Below are positions 28,986 to 37,059 of a stretch of 39,839 bases of DNA, piece after piece. The notes beneath the pieces were generated by a model, which was not told the origin of the DNA, ran no database searches, and worked only from the letters and a program-made list of their open reading frames with translations. This DNA is from Marihabitans sp. (lineage in GTDB: Bacteria > Actinomycetota > Actinomycetes > Actinomycetales > Dermatophilaceae): the NCBI GenBank assembly GCA_043423105.1, contig JBHWMJ010000044.1:1-39839 (forward strand), in the 5' to 3' direction. Each line of letters begins with the position of its first letter. Position 1 is the first letter of the stretch. The position numbers were made by a program, and so were the translations under genes.

Positions 28986-29735
28986 TCAGGGGCGCAGCAC
29001 TCGGTGCGCCTCGACCATGGCGGGGCCGTACCAGGTGACGAGGCGTCCGCTGACGAGCCGGGTGGGGACCCGCTCGAAGGCCTCCGGGCCGTCGTCGCCC
29101 GTGAAGACGTAGGGCTCGTCGGGCAGCCACACCTCGTCGACGCCGTCGCGGTCGATGTCGGCGAGATCGACGTGCGGGTAGCGACCCGCGCCGGCGGCGA
29201 AGGCGTTGGCGTACCCGAGCCGGGCGAGCAGGTCTGTCGTGTAGGTGCGCGGTCCGACGACCATCCACGGGTCACGCCAGATCGGCACAGCGACCCGTCT
29301 CGTCGGCGAGGGGATGTCCCCGGCCCAGACGGTCTCGGCCGCCCTGAGCCACGTGGGTTCGTCGAGGCCCAGGGTCTCGGTCAGCAGCCGCCGCATCGAG
29401 GTCAGGGCCTGCGGCACCGTCTCGATGTCGGTGACCCACACGGCGATGCCGCGCTCGCGCAGGCGCCGGACGTCGAGCTCGCGGTTCTCCTCCTTGTTGG
29501 CGACGACGAGGTCGGGGGATAGGGCCGCGATGGCGTCGAGGTTCGGGTTCTTCGTGCCCCGGACGCGAGCGACGTCGAGGTCGGAGGGGTGGGTGCACCA
29601 GTCGGTGGCCCCGACGAGCAGGTCGGGGGCGCTGACGGCGACCGCCTCGGTGAGCGAGGGGACGAGCGAGACGACGCGGGTCACCTCGTCCGGCAGCGCC
29701 ACCTCGGCCCCGAGGTCGTCGCGCACGGGCGTCAC
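28986..29735 (-). CDS. Helical-backbone metal receptor (BtuF/cobalamin-binding-like), no signal peptide
   Basis: DDLG..RVVSLVPSLTE, GATDWCTHP, RGTKNP, ANKEEN, LPDEPY, TWYGP. Confidence 0.85.
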   Translation of the reverse strand: MTPVRDDLGAEVALPDEVTRVVSLVPSLTEAVAVSAPDLLVGATDWCTHPSDLDVARVRGTKNPNLDAIAALSPDLVVANKEENRELDVRRLRERGIAVWVTDIETVPQALTSMRRLLTETLGLDEPTWLRAAETVWAGDIPSPTRRVAVPIWRDPWMVVGPRTYTTDLLARLGYANAFAAGAGRYPHVDLADIDRDGVDEVWLPDEPYVFTGDDGPEAFERVPTRLVSGRLVTWYGPAMVEAHRVLRP

Positions 29736-29914
29736 GTCGCGAAGAGCGCGCCGGGCGTGATGGTGACGGCGAAGGGGGCTGCGGCAGTCCAGCTCTCGTC
29801 ACCCCTGACGTCGGCGGCCAGCCGGAACCTCGTGCCGTCGTGGACGTCGGGCAGCTGGTCGCGCTCCTCGCGCGTCCAGATGCGATCGTCCAGCGCATAG
29901 GTCATGGCCTCCAT
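29732..29914 (-). pseudogene. Probable Uma2-family endonuclease collapsed by internal deletion
   Basis: N-terminus WTREERDQLPD joined directly to C-terminus VRGDESWTAAAPFAVTITPGAL; the catalytic core is absent (60 aa vs ~180). Recalled, not searched. Confidence 0.6.
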
Positions 29915-30010
29915 GGTGGTCCCTGCGTCGGGTCCACGCCAGCATCTGGCGAGTTGGTGATCGTTTTGCAGTGTCGGGTTCGTGCTGTGGACGTCCCGAG
30001 AGCCGGGTGG

Positions 30011-30373
30011 TCAGCTGTGGAGAAGCGCGGCGGAGAGCTCGGTGAGGGCCAGCGTTAGCACTGCCAGTGACAGCAGCGCGGGTGCCAAGCCGTCGCGACG
30101 GGGGAGCGCCCACCGCCTCCGAGGGTCGCCCGCCGTGAGCCGTGACCCGGTCGGACCCGCGAGGTATCGACGTCGGCCGAGGACGAAGGCCGCCAGCGCC
30201 AGCCCGAGGCTTACGGCCAGCACGACGAGGGCACCGGGGCCGAGCGAGCCGACTGTGTGTCGGGCGACGATCGCGGACCCGGCGGCCGTCGCGAGGGCGG
30301 TGCGCTGCCAGGCGAGCGCCGTCCTCTCCGGCTGGACGCCGGGGTCTCGTCCCTTCGAGGCTTTTCGTTGCAC
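30011..30373 (-). CDS. DUF202/YidG-like small membrane protein
   Basis: DPGVQPERTALAWQRTALA plus three hydrophobic segments; GTG preceded by GAGGAG. Confidence 0.85.
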   Translation of the reverse strand: MQRKASKGRDPGVQPERTALAWQRTALATAAGSAIVARHTVGSLGPGALVVLAVSLGLALAAFVLGRRRYLAGPTGSRLTAGDPRRRWALPRRDGLAPALLSLAVLTLALTELSAALLHS

Positions 30374-30387
30374 TCGTCGCTCCTCAG
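30355..30387 (+). repeat. Degenerate 33-bp palindromic element overlapping the SD/start of the DUF202 gene
   Basis: TCGAGGCTT-TTCGTTGCACTCGT-CGCTCCTCAG aligns without gaps to the 35721 copy. Confidence 0.7.
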
Positions 30388-30393
30388 GGACCG

Positions 30394-30759
30394 TCAGCGG
30401 GTAGCGACGACGAGCAGGGCGACGGCGGTGAGGACGAGCAGCGCCCCGGTGATGCCCATGGCGGCGACCCCGAGGGCCGGGAGCGGCTCGCCCCGTCGCA
30501 TCGCGCGCTCCGAGCCCGACCACCGCAGCCACGCGAGGACGGACGACAGCCCGCCAAGGATGAGGAGGACGCCGGCAAGGGCGCGCTTGACCCCTTCGCC
30601 CATCCCCAGGTCGACGACGTCGACCGCCACACCGGCCGCCACGAGCGCGAGGGCCGTCCGCAGCCACGCGAGGAAGGTGCGCTCGTTGGCCAGGGAGAAG
30701 CGGTAGTCCGGCTCCTCACCCTCGCCGTAGACCCAGCCGGGCCAGCGCTTGTCGCTCAC
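30394..30759 (-). CDS. YidH-family (DUF202) membrane protein
   Basis: GEEPDYRFSLANERTFLAWLRTALAL, ERAMRRGEPLP. Confidence 0.93.
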   Translation of the reverse strand: MSDKRWPGWVYGEGEEPDYRFSLANERTFLAWLRTALALVAAGVAVDVVDLGMGEGVKRALAGVLLILGGLSSVLAWLRWSGSERAMRRGEPLPALGVAAMGITGALLVLTAVALLVVATR

Positions 30760-30778
30760 CAGGTCACCGTACCCATGG

Positions 30779-30813
30779 GGTCTCGAGGCTCGTCCCTCGC
30801 ACCTCGACCGACG
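30779..30813 (+). repeat. Intergenic short copy (25-bp core) of the palindromic element
   Basis: GGTC-TCGAGGCTC-GTCCCT-CGCACCTCGA-CCGACG. Confidence 0.8.
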
Positions 30814-30817
30814 TGCG

Positions 30818-33800
30818 TCAGACGTTGCGGCGGTACTGGCCGCCGACCTCGAAGAACGCCTCGGTCACCTGCTGGAGCGTGCACACGCGGGCCGCGTCCA
30901 TGAGCACAGCGAAGGCGTTGCCGTCGCTGGCCGCCACCTCCTTGAGCCGTGCCAGCGCCGCCTGCGCGTCGTCCCGGTGCGCTGCCTGGTACTCCTGGAC
31001 CCGACGCAGCTGGGACTCCTTCTCGGCCTCGGTCGCGCGGGCCAGCTCGATCTCCTGGGGCACGTCGTCCTCGCCCTTGTCGTCGAGGAAGGTGTTGACC
31101 CCGACGATCGGCAGCGAGCCGTCGTGCTTGCGCTGCTCGTAGAGCAGCGACTCGTCCTGGATGCGGCCCCGCTGGTAGCCGGTCTCCATCGCGCCGAGGA
31201 CGCCGCCGCGCTCGCTGATCCGGTCAAACTCGGTGAGCACCGCCTCCTCGACGAGGTCGGTCAGCTCGTCGATGACGAAGGATCCCTGGAGCGGGTTCTC
31301 GTTCATCGACAGGCCCCACTCGCGGCTGATGATGAGCTGGATCGCCAGGGCGCGCCGCACCGACTCGGCCGAAGGGGTCGTGACGGCCTCGTCGTAGGCG
31401 TTGGTGTGCAGGGAGTTGGCGTTGTCGTAGAGGGCGTTGAGCGCCTGGAGCGTCGTGCGGATGTCGTTGAAGTCCATCTCCTGCGCGTGCAGGCTCCGGC
31501 CGCTCGTCTGGATGTGGTACTTCAGCTTCTGGCTGCGCTCGTTGGCGCCGTACTTCTCGCGCATCGTCACCGCCCAGATGCGGCGGGCGACGCGGCCGAG
31601 CACGGCGTACTCGGGGTCCATGCCCGAGGAGAAGAAGAACGACAGGTTCGGCGCGAAGTCGTCGATCTTCATGCCGCGAGCGAGGTAGGCCTCGACGTAG
31701 GTGAAGCCGTTGGCGAGCGTGAAGGCGAGCTGGCTGATGGGGTTCGCCCCGGCCTCGGCGATGTGGTAGCCGGAGATGCTCACCGAGTAGAAGTTGCGCA
31801 CCCCCTGCTCGATGAACCACTCCTGGATGTCTGCCATCATCCGCAGCGAGAACTCGGTGGAGAAGAGGCAGGTGTTCTGTCCCTGGTCCTCCTTGAGGAT
31901 GTCCGCCTGGACGGTGCCGCGGACGGTCTGCAGGGCGAAGGTCCGGATCTCCTCGGCCTCGGCTCCTGTGGGCTCGCGGCCCTCGCGCTCGCGGAAGGCG
32001 TCGACCTGCTGGTCGATGGCGGTGTTGAGGAAGAAGGCGAGGACGGTCGGCGCGGGGCCGTTGATCGTCATCGACACGCTCGTCGTCGGGTCGACGAGGT
32101 CGAAGCCGTCGTACAGCGCCTTCATGTCGTCGAGGGTCGCGACCGAGACGCCGGAGGTGCCGACCTTGCCGTAGATGTCGGGGCGCTCGTCCGGGTCGCG
32201 GCCGTAGAGGGTCACCGAGTCGAAGGCGGTGGACAGGCGGGTCGCGGGCTGGCCCTGGGAGAGCAGCTTGAAGCGGCGGTTCGTCCGGAAGGGGTCGCCC
32301 TCGCCGGCGAACATCCGCGCCGGGTCCTCGTTGTCCCGCTTGAAGGGGAAGACGCCTGCCGTGAAGGGGAAGCGGCCCGGGAGGTTCTCCCGGCGGAGGA
32401 AGGAGACGAGGTCGCCGTGGTCGCTGTACCGGGGGAGCGCGACGCGTCGGATCTCGTTGCCGGACAACGACTCCTTGGTGAGCTTCGTGTGGATCTCACG
32501 GTCGCGGATGCGGACGACCTGCTCGGGGCCCGAGTACGACTCGACGACGGCCGGCCACCCGGCGATCTGGTCGGCCGTCTCCTGCGGGAGGTCCGCGCGG
32601 GCCGCCATCGCAAGTCCTTCGAGATGTGCGGAGGTCTCACAGCCGTGCTCCTCGAGGTGCGAGGAGGTCTGCGACGAGCCTCGAGAGGACCTGACCTCCG
32701 CCGTGACCGCCTCGATCCGCTGGACCCTCCGAGCGGCCTCGGCGAGCCGGTGCGTCTCCTCGTGCCAGCCGCGGACGGTCGCGGCGACCTCGGCGAGGTA
32801 GCGCACCCGCTCCGGCGGGACGACCTGACCGATGCGGGTCGAGTGCTTGACGTCGACAGGGGGCAGGGTGCCCTCGGTCGCCTGGAGCCCCTTGTCTCGC
32901 AGGGCATCGCGGAGGTGCTGGTAGAGGGCGGTCACACCGTCGTCGTTGAAGGTCGCTGCCGAGGTGCCGAAGATCGGCATGTCCTCTGGGCGCTGGCCGA
33001 AGGCCTCTCGGTTGCGGACCATCTGCCGGCCGACGTCGCGCATCGCGTCCTCGGCGCCGCGACGCTCGAACTTGTTGATCGCGACGGTGTCGGCGAAGTC
33101 GAGCATGTCGATCTTCTCGAGCTGGCTGGCGGCGCCGTACTCGGGCGTCATGACGTACATCGCGTGGTCGACGAAGGGGACGACCGCCGCGTCGCCCTGA
33201 CCGATGCCGGGGGTCTCGACGACGACGAGGTCGAAGCCGGCGGCCTTGACGATGTCGATGACGTCGGTGACGTGATCGGGCAGCTCGTGCGCACCGCGGG
33301 TCGCCAGGCTGCGGAACATCACCGGCGAGTCGCCGGTGTCCCCGATCGCGTTCATCCGGATGCGGTCGCCGAGCAGCGCGCCGCCGCCCTTGCGGCGGGT
33401 TGGGTCCACGGCGATGACGGCGATGGAGAGCTTGTCCTCCTGGTCGACCCGGAAGCGGCGCACGAGCTCGTCGGTGAGCGATGACTTGCCGGAGCCGCCG
33501 GTACCTGTGAGCCCGAGGGTCGGCACGGTGCGGGCCGCCGCCGCCTCGCGGATGCGGGTCATGAAGGCGTCGTCGAGCCGGCCGGTCTCGGCACCGGTGA
33601 TCGCGCGCGCCACCGCCGCCCGGTCCCCGGAGAGGACCGCGTCGACATCTGCCTGGGACTGCTCCCAGAGGTCGACGTCGCAGGTCTTGATGAGCGTGTT
33701 GATCATCCCCGGCAGGCCGAGACGCTGGCCGTCCTCGGGGGAGAAGATCGTCACCCCGGCGTCCCGCAGCCGCTGGATCTCGGTGGGGACGATGACCCCG

Positions 33801-34120
33801 CCGCCACCGCCGAAGACCTGGACGTGACCGGCGCCGCGCTCGCGGAGGAGCTGGACGAGGTACTCGAAGTACTCGACGTGCCCGCCCTGGTAGCTGCTGA
33901 TCGCGATGCCCTGGACGTCCTCGTCGATCGCGGCCTGGACGACCTCGGCGACCGAGCGGTTGTGGCCGAGGTGGATGACCTCGGCGCCCTGGCTCTGCAG
34001 GATGCGCCGCATGATGTTGATCGACGCGTCGTGCCCGTCGAAGAGCGCGGACGCGGTGACAAAGCGCACGGGGTGGGTCGGCGTGTGCAGGGCGGGACGG
34101 GCAGGCGCCTCGGCGGTCAT
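30818..34120 (-). CDS. icmF: Fused isobutyryl-CoA mutase / MeaI GTPase (AdoCbl-dependent)
   Basis: FDGHDASINIMRR B12-binding domain; GTGGSGKSS and GALLGDRIRM GTPase; PFTAGVF, RMFAGEG, RLSTAFD, QTSGRSL mutase; 1100 aa. Confidence 0.97.
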   Translation of the reverse strand: MTAEAPARPALHTPTHPVRFVTASALFDGHDASINIMRRILQSQGAEVIHLGHNRSVAEVVQAAIDEDVQGIAISSYQGGHVEYFEYLVQLLRERGAGHVQVFGGGGGVIVPTEIQRLRDAGVTIFSPEDGQRLGLPGMINTLIKTCDVDLWEQSQADVDAVLSGDRAAVARAITGAETGRLDDAFMTRIREAAAARTVPTLGLTGTGGSGKSSLTDELVRRFRVDQEDKLSIAVIAVDPTRRKGGGALLGDRIRMNAIGDTGDSPVMFRSLATRGAHELPDHVTDVIDIVKAAGFDLVVVETPGIGQGDAAVVPFVDHAMYVMTPEYGAASQLEKIDMLDFADTVAINKFERRGAEDAMRDVGRQMVRNREAFGQRPEDMPIFGTSAATFNDDGVTALYQHLRDALRDKGLQATEGTLPPVDVKHSTRIGQVVPPERVRYLAEVAATVRGWHEETHRLAEAARRVQRIEAVTAEVRSSRGSSQTSSHLEEHGCETSAHLEGLAMAARADLPQETADQIAGWPAVVESYSGPEQVVRIRDREIHTKLTKESLSGNEIRRVALPRYSDHGDLVSFLRRENLPGRFPFTAGVFPFKRDNEDPARMFAGEGDPFRTNRRFKLLSQGQPATRLSTAFDSVTLYGRDPDERPDIYGKVGTSGVSVATLDDMKALYDGFDLVDPTTSVSMTINGPAPTVLAFFLNTAIDQQVDAFREREGREPTGAEAEEIRTFALQTVRGTVQADILKEDQGQNTCLFSTEFSLRMMADIQEWFIEQGVRNFYSVSISGYHIAEAGANPISQLAFTLANGFTYVEAYLARGMKIDDFAPNLSFFFSSGMDPEYAVLGRVARRIWAVTMREKYGANERSQKLKYHIQTSGRSLHAQEMDFNDIRTTLQALNALYDNANSLHTNAYDEAVTTPSAESVRRALAIQLIISREWGLSMNENPLQGSFVIDELTDLVEEAVLTEFDRISERGGVLGAMETGYQRGRIQDESLLYEQRKHDGSLPIVGVNTFLDDKGEDDVPQEIELARATEAEKESQLRRVQEYQAAHRDDAQAALARLKEVAASDGNAFAVLMDAARVCTLQQVTEAFFEVGGQYRRNV
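32652..32684 (-). repeat. In-frame 33-bp palindromic element inside icmF (partial second copy at ~32619-32637)
   Basis: Minus strand TCGAGGCTC-GTCGCAGACCTCCT-CGCACCTCGA; encodes SRGSSQTSSHLE. Confidence 0.85.
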
Positions 34121-34248
34121 GGGGGTCCTCGTCGACGGTCGGCGACGCGACGTCTCGTGGACCTCGCGCCGGTGCGAGCAGCAGGCGCCTTGTGAGCGCC
34201 GTCACCCCATGATGCCGAACGCTGCGCGGTCCCGGCCAATCCGCCAGA

Positions 34249-34278
34249 CGAAGGGGGAGCCGAGCGGCTCCGCCTTCG
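34249..34278 (-). terminator. Hairpin downstream of the nrdB relic
   Basis: CGAAGGGGGAGCCG / CGGCTCCGCCTTCG. Confidence 0.6.
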
Positions 34279-34288
34279 CCTCACCTGG

Positions 34289-34921
34289 TCAGAAGTCCTC
34301 GTCGACGCCCACCGAGCCGCTCACCCCCACCTGGTAGGCCGAGACCTTGCGCTCGAAGAAGTTCGAGAGCTCCTGCACGTCCTGCAGCTCCATGAAGGCG
34401 AGCGGGTTCGACGACCCGTCGATGATGGGGAGCCCGAGCCGCTGCATCCGCCGATCGGCGACGTGCTCGGGGTAGCTGCGCATGTCGGCGACGGACAGCC
34501 CGGCGACGCCGCCGCCAAGGAGGTCCTCGGCGAACTGCGCCTCGGCCTCGACTCCCTCGATGAGCATCTGCCGTACCTGCGCGGCCATCTCGTCGTCGAA
34601 GAGGTCCGGCTCCTCCTCGCGGACCGTGTCGACGACGCTGAACGCGAAGTCCATGTGCATCGACTCGTCGCGGACCCAGTTGGTCCCCGACGCGAGCCCG
34701 TTGAGCAGGCCGCGCGAGCGCAGGAAGTAGACGGAGGCGGAGGCACCGTAGAAGAAGAGCCCTTCGATGACCGCGGTGAAGCAGATGAGGTTGGTGCGCG
34801 CCGACACCTGGCGGCTGGCCTTGCCGGCGGCCTCCGCCGCGCGGTAGGCCTCGTCGAAGGCGGGCCCCCACAGGTCGACGAGCTCGGGTGCCTGGTCGGG
34901 GTCGATGAGCGACCACAGGTC
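34289..34921 (-). pseudogene. Chimeric relic of class Ia ribonucleotide reductase: internal alpha (nrdA) fragment fused in frame to the C-terminal half of beta (nrdB)
   Basis: 34921-~34793 reads DLWSLIDPDQAPELVDLWGPAFDEAYRAAEAAGKASRQVSART; it continues NLICFTAVIEGLFFYG..RDESMH..NFFERKVSAYQ..DEDF*. The first helix pair of beta is missing. Confidence 0.8.
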
Positions 34922-34933
34922 AAGCGGCGCGGA

Positions 34934-35284
34934 TCAGGAGGTGGCCAGGACGCCGAGCCCGGCTGCCGCCGTGCAGAGCACGACGGACAGCGCGAGGTTG
35001 ACCATCGCGTGCCGTCGCTCGAGGTCGCGCCAGGTCTGAGCCACCTCGAGCGCGTGGGTGCTGAAGGTCGTCAGCCCGCCGCACAGACCTGCGCCGACGA
35101 GCGGCATCACCCAGTCCGGCCGCCCGCCCCATCCCGCGATCAGGCCGAGGAGGAATGACCCCGTGACGTTGGCGAGCAGGGTGCCGCCTGCCGGGGTCGC
35201 CCCCTTCGCCCTGGCCCGGGTCGAGAGCTGCCAGCGCAGCACGGCACCCAGCCCACCACCTGCCGCCACGAGCAGCGCAGTCAC
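34934..35284 (-). CDS. crcB: Fluc fluoride channel subunit
   Basis: GGGLGAVLRW, GTLLANVTGSF, GLCGGLTTFST. Confidence 0.93.
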   Translation of the reverse strand: MTALLVAAGGGLGAVLRWQLSTRARAKGATPAGGTLLANVTGSFLLGLIAGWGGRPDWVMPLVGAGLCGGLTTFSTHALEVAQTWRDLERRHAMVNLALSVVLCTAAAGLGVLATS

Positions 35285-35769
35285 GCCTCCTCCCCCTTCG
35301 CCGAGATTGACGTGGCACGCGGCGTCTCGTCCGTGACGGCGCGTGTCGGGTCAATCTCGGCGGTGCGGAGGCCGAGGGCGCACGCGCCGACGCCGAGGAC
35401 GACCGTGGCCGCGACGTACCCGACGGCGACGACGGGGGAGAGGCTCACCGTGTCGAGGGCGAAGGCCGAGTAGGTCGTCCACCCGCCGAGCAAACCCGTG
35501 GCGACGAACGGGCGGATCCATGCCGGCGACTCGCGGTCGGCGATCCAGGCGATGAGCAGACCCATGACCAGCGCGCCGGTGACGTTGACGAGGAGCGTCC
35601 CCCACGGCCACCCGTCAGCAGCCTCCGGCAACGCGCCGGCGAGCGCCCACCGGCCAAGGGACCCCAGCGCGCCGCCGGCGGCGACGGTGAGGACCACTCC
35701 CCGAGGCCCGCCCGCAGGTCTCGAGGCTCCTCGCTGCGCTCGTCGCACCTCGACCGACGGCGGGAGCAC
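35281..35769 (-). CDS. crcB: Fluc fluoride channel subunit (start uncertain: 35769 or 35697)
   Basis: GGALGSLGRW, WPWGTLLVNVTG, GLLGGWTTYSAF; paired with the adjacent Fluc gene. Confidence 0.9.
   Translation of the reverse strand: MLPPSVEVRRAQRGASRPAGGPRGVVLTVAAGGALGSLGRWALAGALPEAADGWPWGTLLVNVTGALVMGLLIAWIADRESPAWIRPFVATGLLGGWTTYSAFALDTVSLSPVVAVGYVAATVVLGVGACALGLRTAEIDPTRAVTDETPRATSISAKGEEA
35717..35759 (+). repeat. Best-preserved copy of the palindromic element, at the 5' end of crcB
   Basis: GGTC-TCGAGGCTC-CTCGCTGCGCTCGT-CGCACCTCGA-CCGACG. Confidence 0.85.
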
Positions 35770-35772
35770 GGG

Positions 35773-36990
35773 TCAGGCCCGGCGTGTCTCGAGGAAGTCC
35801 GCGATCCGGCCGACGGCCTCGGTGAGGACCTCCTCGTCGGGCAGGCAGACGACGCGGAAGTGGTCGGGCTCGAACCAGTTGAAGCCGGTCCCGTGGGTCA
35901 CGAGGATCTTCTTGGCCCGGAGCAGGTCGATGACGAAGGACTCGTCGTCCTCGATCGCGTACACCTCCGGGTCGAGGCGAGGGAAGCAGTAGAGCGCCCC
36001 GCGGGGCTCGACGCACGAGACGCCAGGGATCTCGTTGAGGAGCCGGGAGGCGAGCTTGGCCTGCTCGTAGAAGCGCCCGCCGGGGACGATGAGCTCCTCG
36101 ATCGACTGGTAGCCGCCGAGCGCAGTCTGGATCGCGTGCTGCGCGGGGACGTTGGCGCACATCCGCATGTTGGCGAGCAGGGTGAGGCCTTCGAGGTAGT
36201 CCTCGGCCATGTGCTTCGGGCCGGAGATCATCACCCATCCGGCGCGGTAGCCGCACACCCGGTAGGCCTTGCTCAGCCCGGAGAACGTGAGGCAGAGGAC
36301 GTCGTCGCCGCAGAACTCGGCAGCATGCCTGTGCACCGCGTCGTCGAAGATGATCTTCTCGTAGATCTCGTCAGCCATGACGACGAGGTCGTGACGCCGC
36401 GCGATGTCGACGAGTCCCTTGACCGTCTCCTCGCTGTAGACCGCCCCGGTGGGGTTGTTCGGGTTGATGATGACGAGCGCGTGGGTGTTCTCGCTGATCT
36501 TCGACTCGATGTCGGCGAGGTCGGGGTCCCAGCCGTTCTCCTCGTCGCACCGGTAGTGGACCGGGGTGCCGCCGGCCAGCGCGACCGCGCCCGTCCACAG
36601 CGGGTAGTCCGGGGCCGGGACGAGGATCTCGTTGCCGTCGTCGACGAAGGCCTGCAGGACCATCGAGATGAGCTCGGAGACGCCGTTGCCGATGAAGACG
36701 TCCTCGACGGTGGTGTCGCGCAGCCCGCGCGACTGGTAGTACTGCGCGACCGCGGTCCGCGCCGAGTAGATGCCCTTCGAGTCGACGTAGCCCTGAGAGC
36801 TCGGCAGGTGGCGGGTCATGTCGGCGACGATCGCCTCGGGCGCCTCGAAGCCGAAGGGGGCGGTGTTGCCGATGTTGAGCTTGAGGATCTTGTGCCCCTC
36901 GGCCTCGAGCCGCTGAGCCTCGACGAGGATCGGCCCCCGGACGTCGTAGCGGACGTTCATCAGCTTGCGGCTCTGGCGGATCGTGCGCAT
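35773..36990 (-). CDS. alaA: Class I PLP aminotransferase, AlaA/AlaT (mycobacterial AspC) type
   Basis: QSRKLMNVRYDVRGP, LKLNIGN, GNGVSELI, PDYPLWT, INPNNPTG, DEIY, GLSKAYRVCGYRAGW. Confidence 0.93.
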   Translation of the reverse strand: MRTIRQSRKLMNVRYDVRGPILVEAQRLEAEGHKILKLNIGNTAPFGFEAPEAIVADMTRHLPSSQGYVDSKGIYSARTAVAQYYQSRGLRDTTVEDVFIGNGVSELISMVLQAFVDDGNEILVPAPDYPLWTGAVALAGGTPVHYRCDEENGWDPDLADIESKISENTHALVIINPNNPTGAVYSEETVKGLVDIARRHDLVVMADEIYEKIIFDDAVHRHAAEFCGDDVLCLTFSGLSKAYRVCGYRAGWVMISGPKHMAEDYLEGLTLLANMRMCANVPAQHAIQTALGGYQSIEELIVPGGRFYEQAKLASRLLNEIPGVSCVEPRGALYCFPRLDPEVYAIEDDESFVIDLLRAKKILVTHGTGFNWFEPDHFRVVCLPDEEVLTEAVGRIADFLETRRA

Positions 36991-37059
36991 GGCGTCATCC
37001 TCGCAGGCGATCTCGCGGAGACGCACCCAGGTTTCGCCCGCCGCCGCTAGGGTCCCCGC

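Noticed and set aside
34121..34288. Cobalamin riboswitch upstream of icmF
   Set aside because: No recognisable B12-box or conserved core on the minus strand; only a terminator hairpin and promoter-like sequence.
35698..35772. Fluoride riboswitch upstream of crcB
   Set aside because: No GGCGATGG-type core; the space is occupied by the palindromic repeat.
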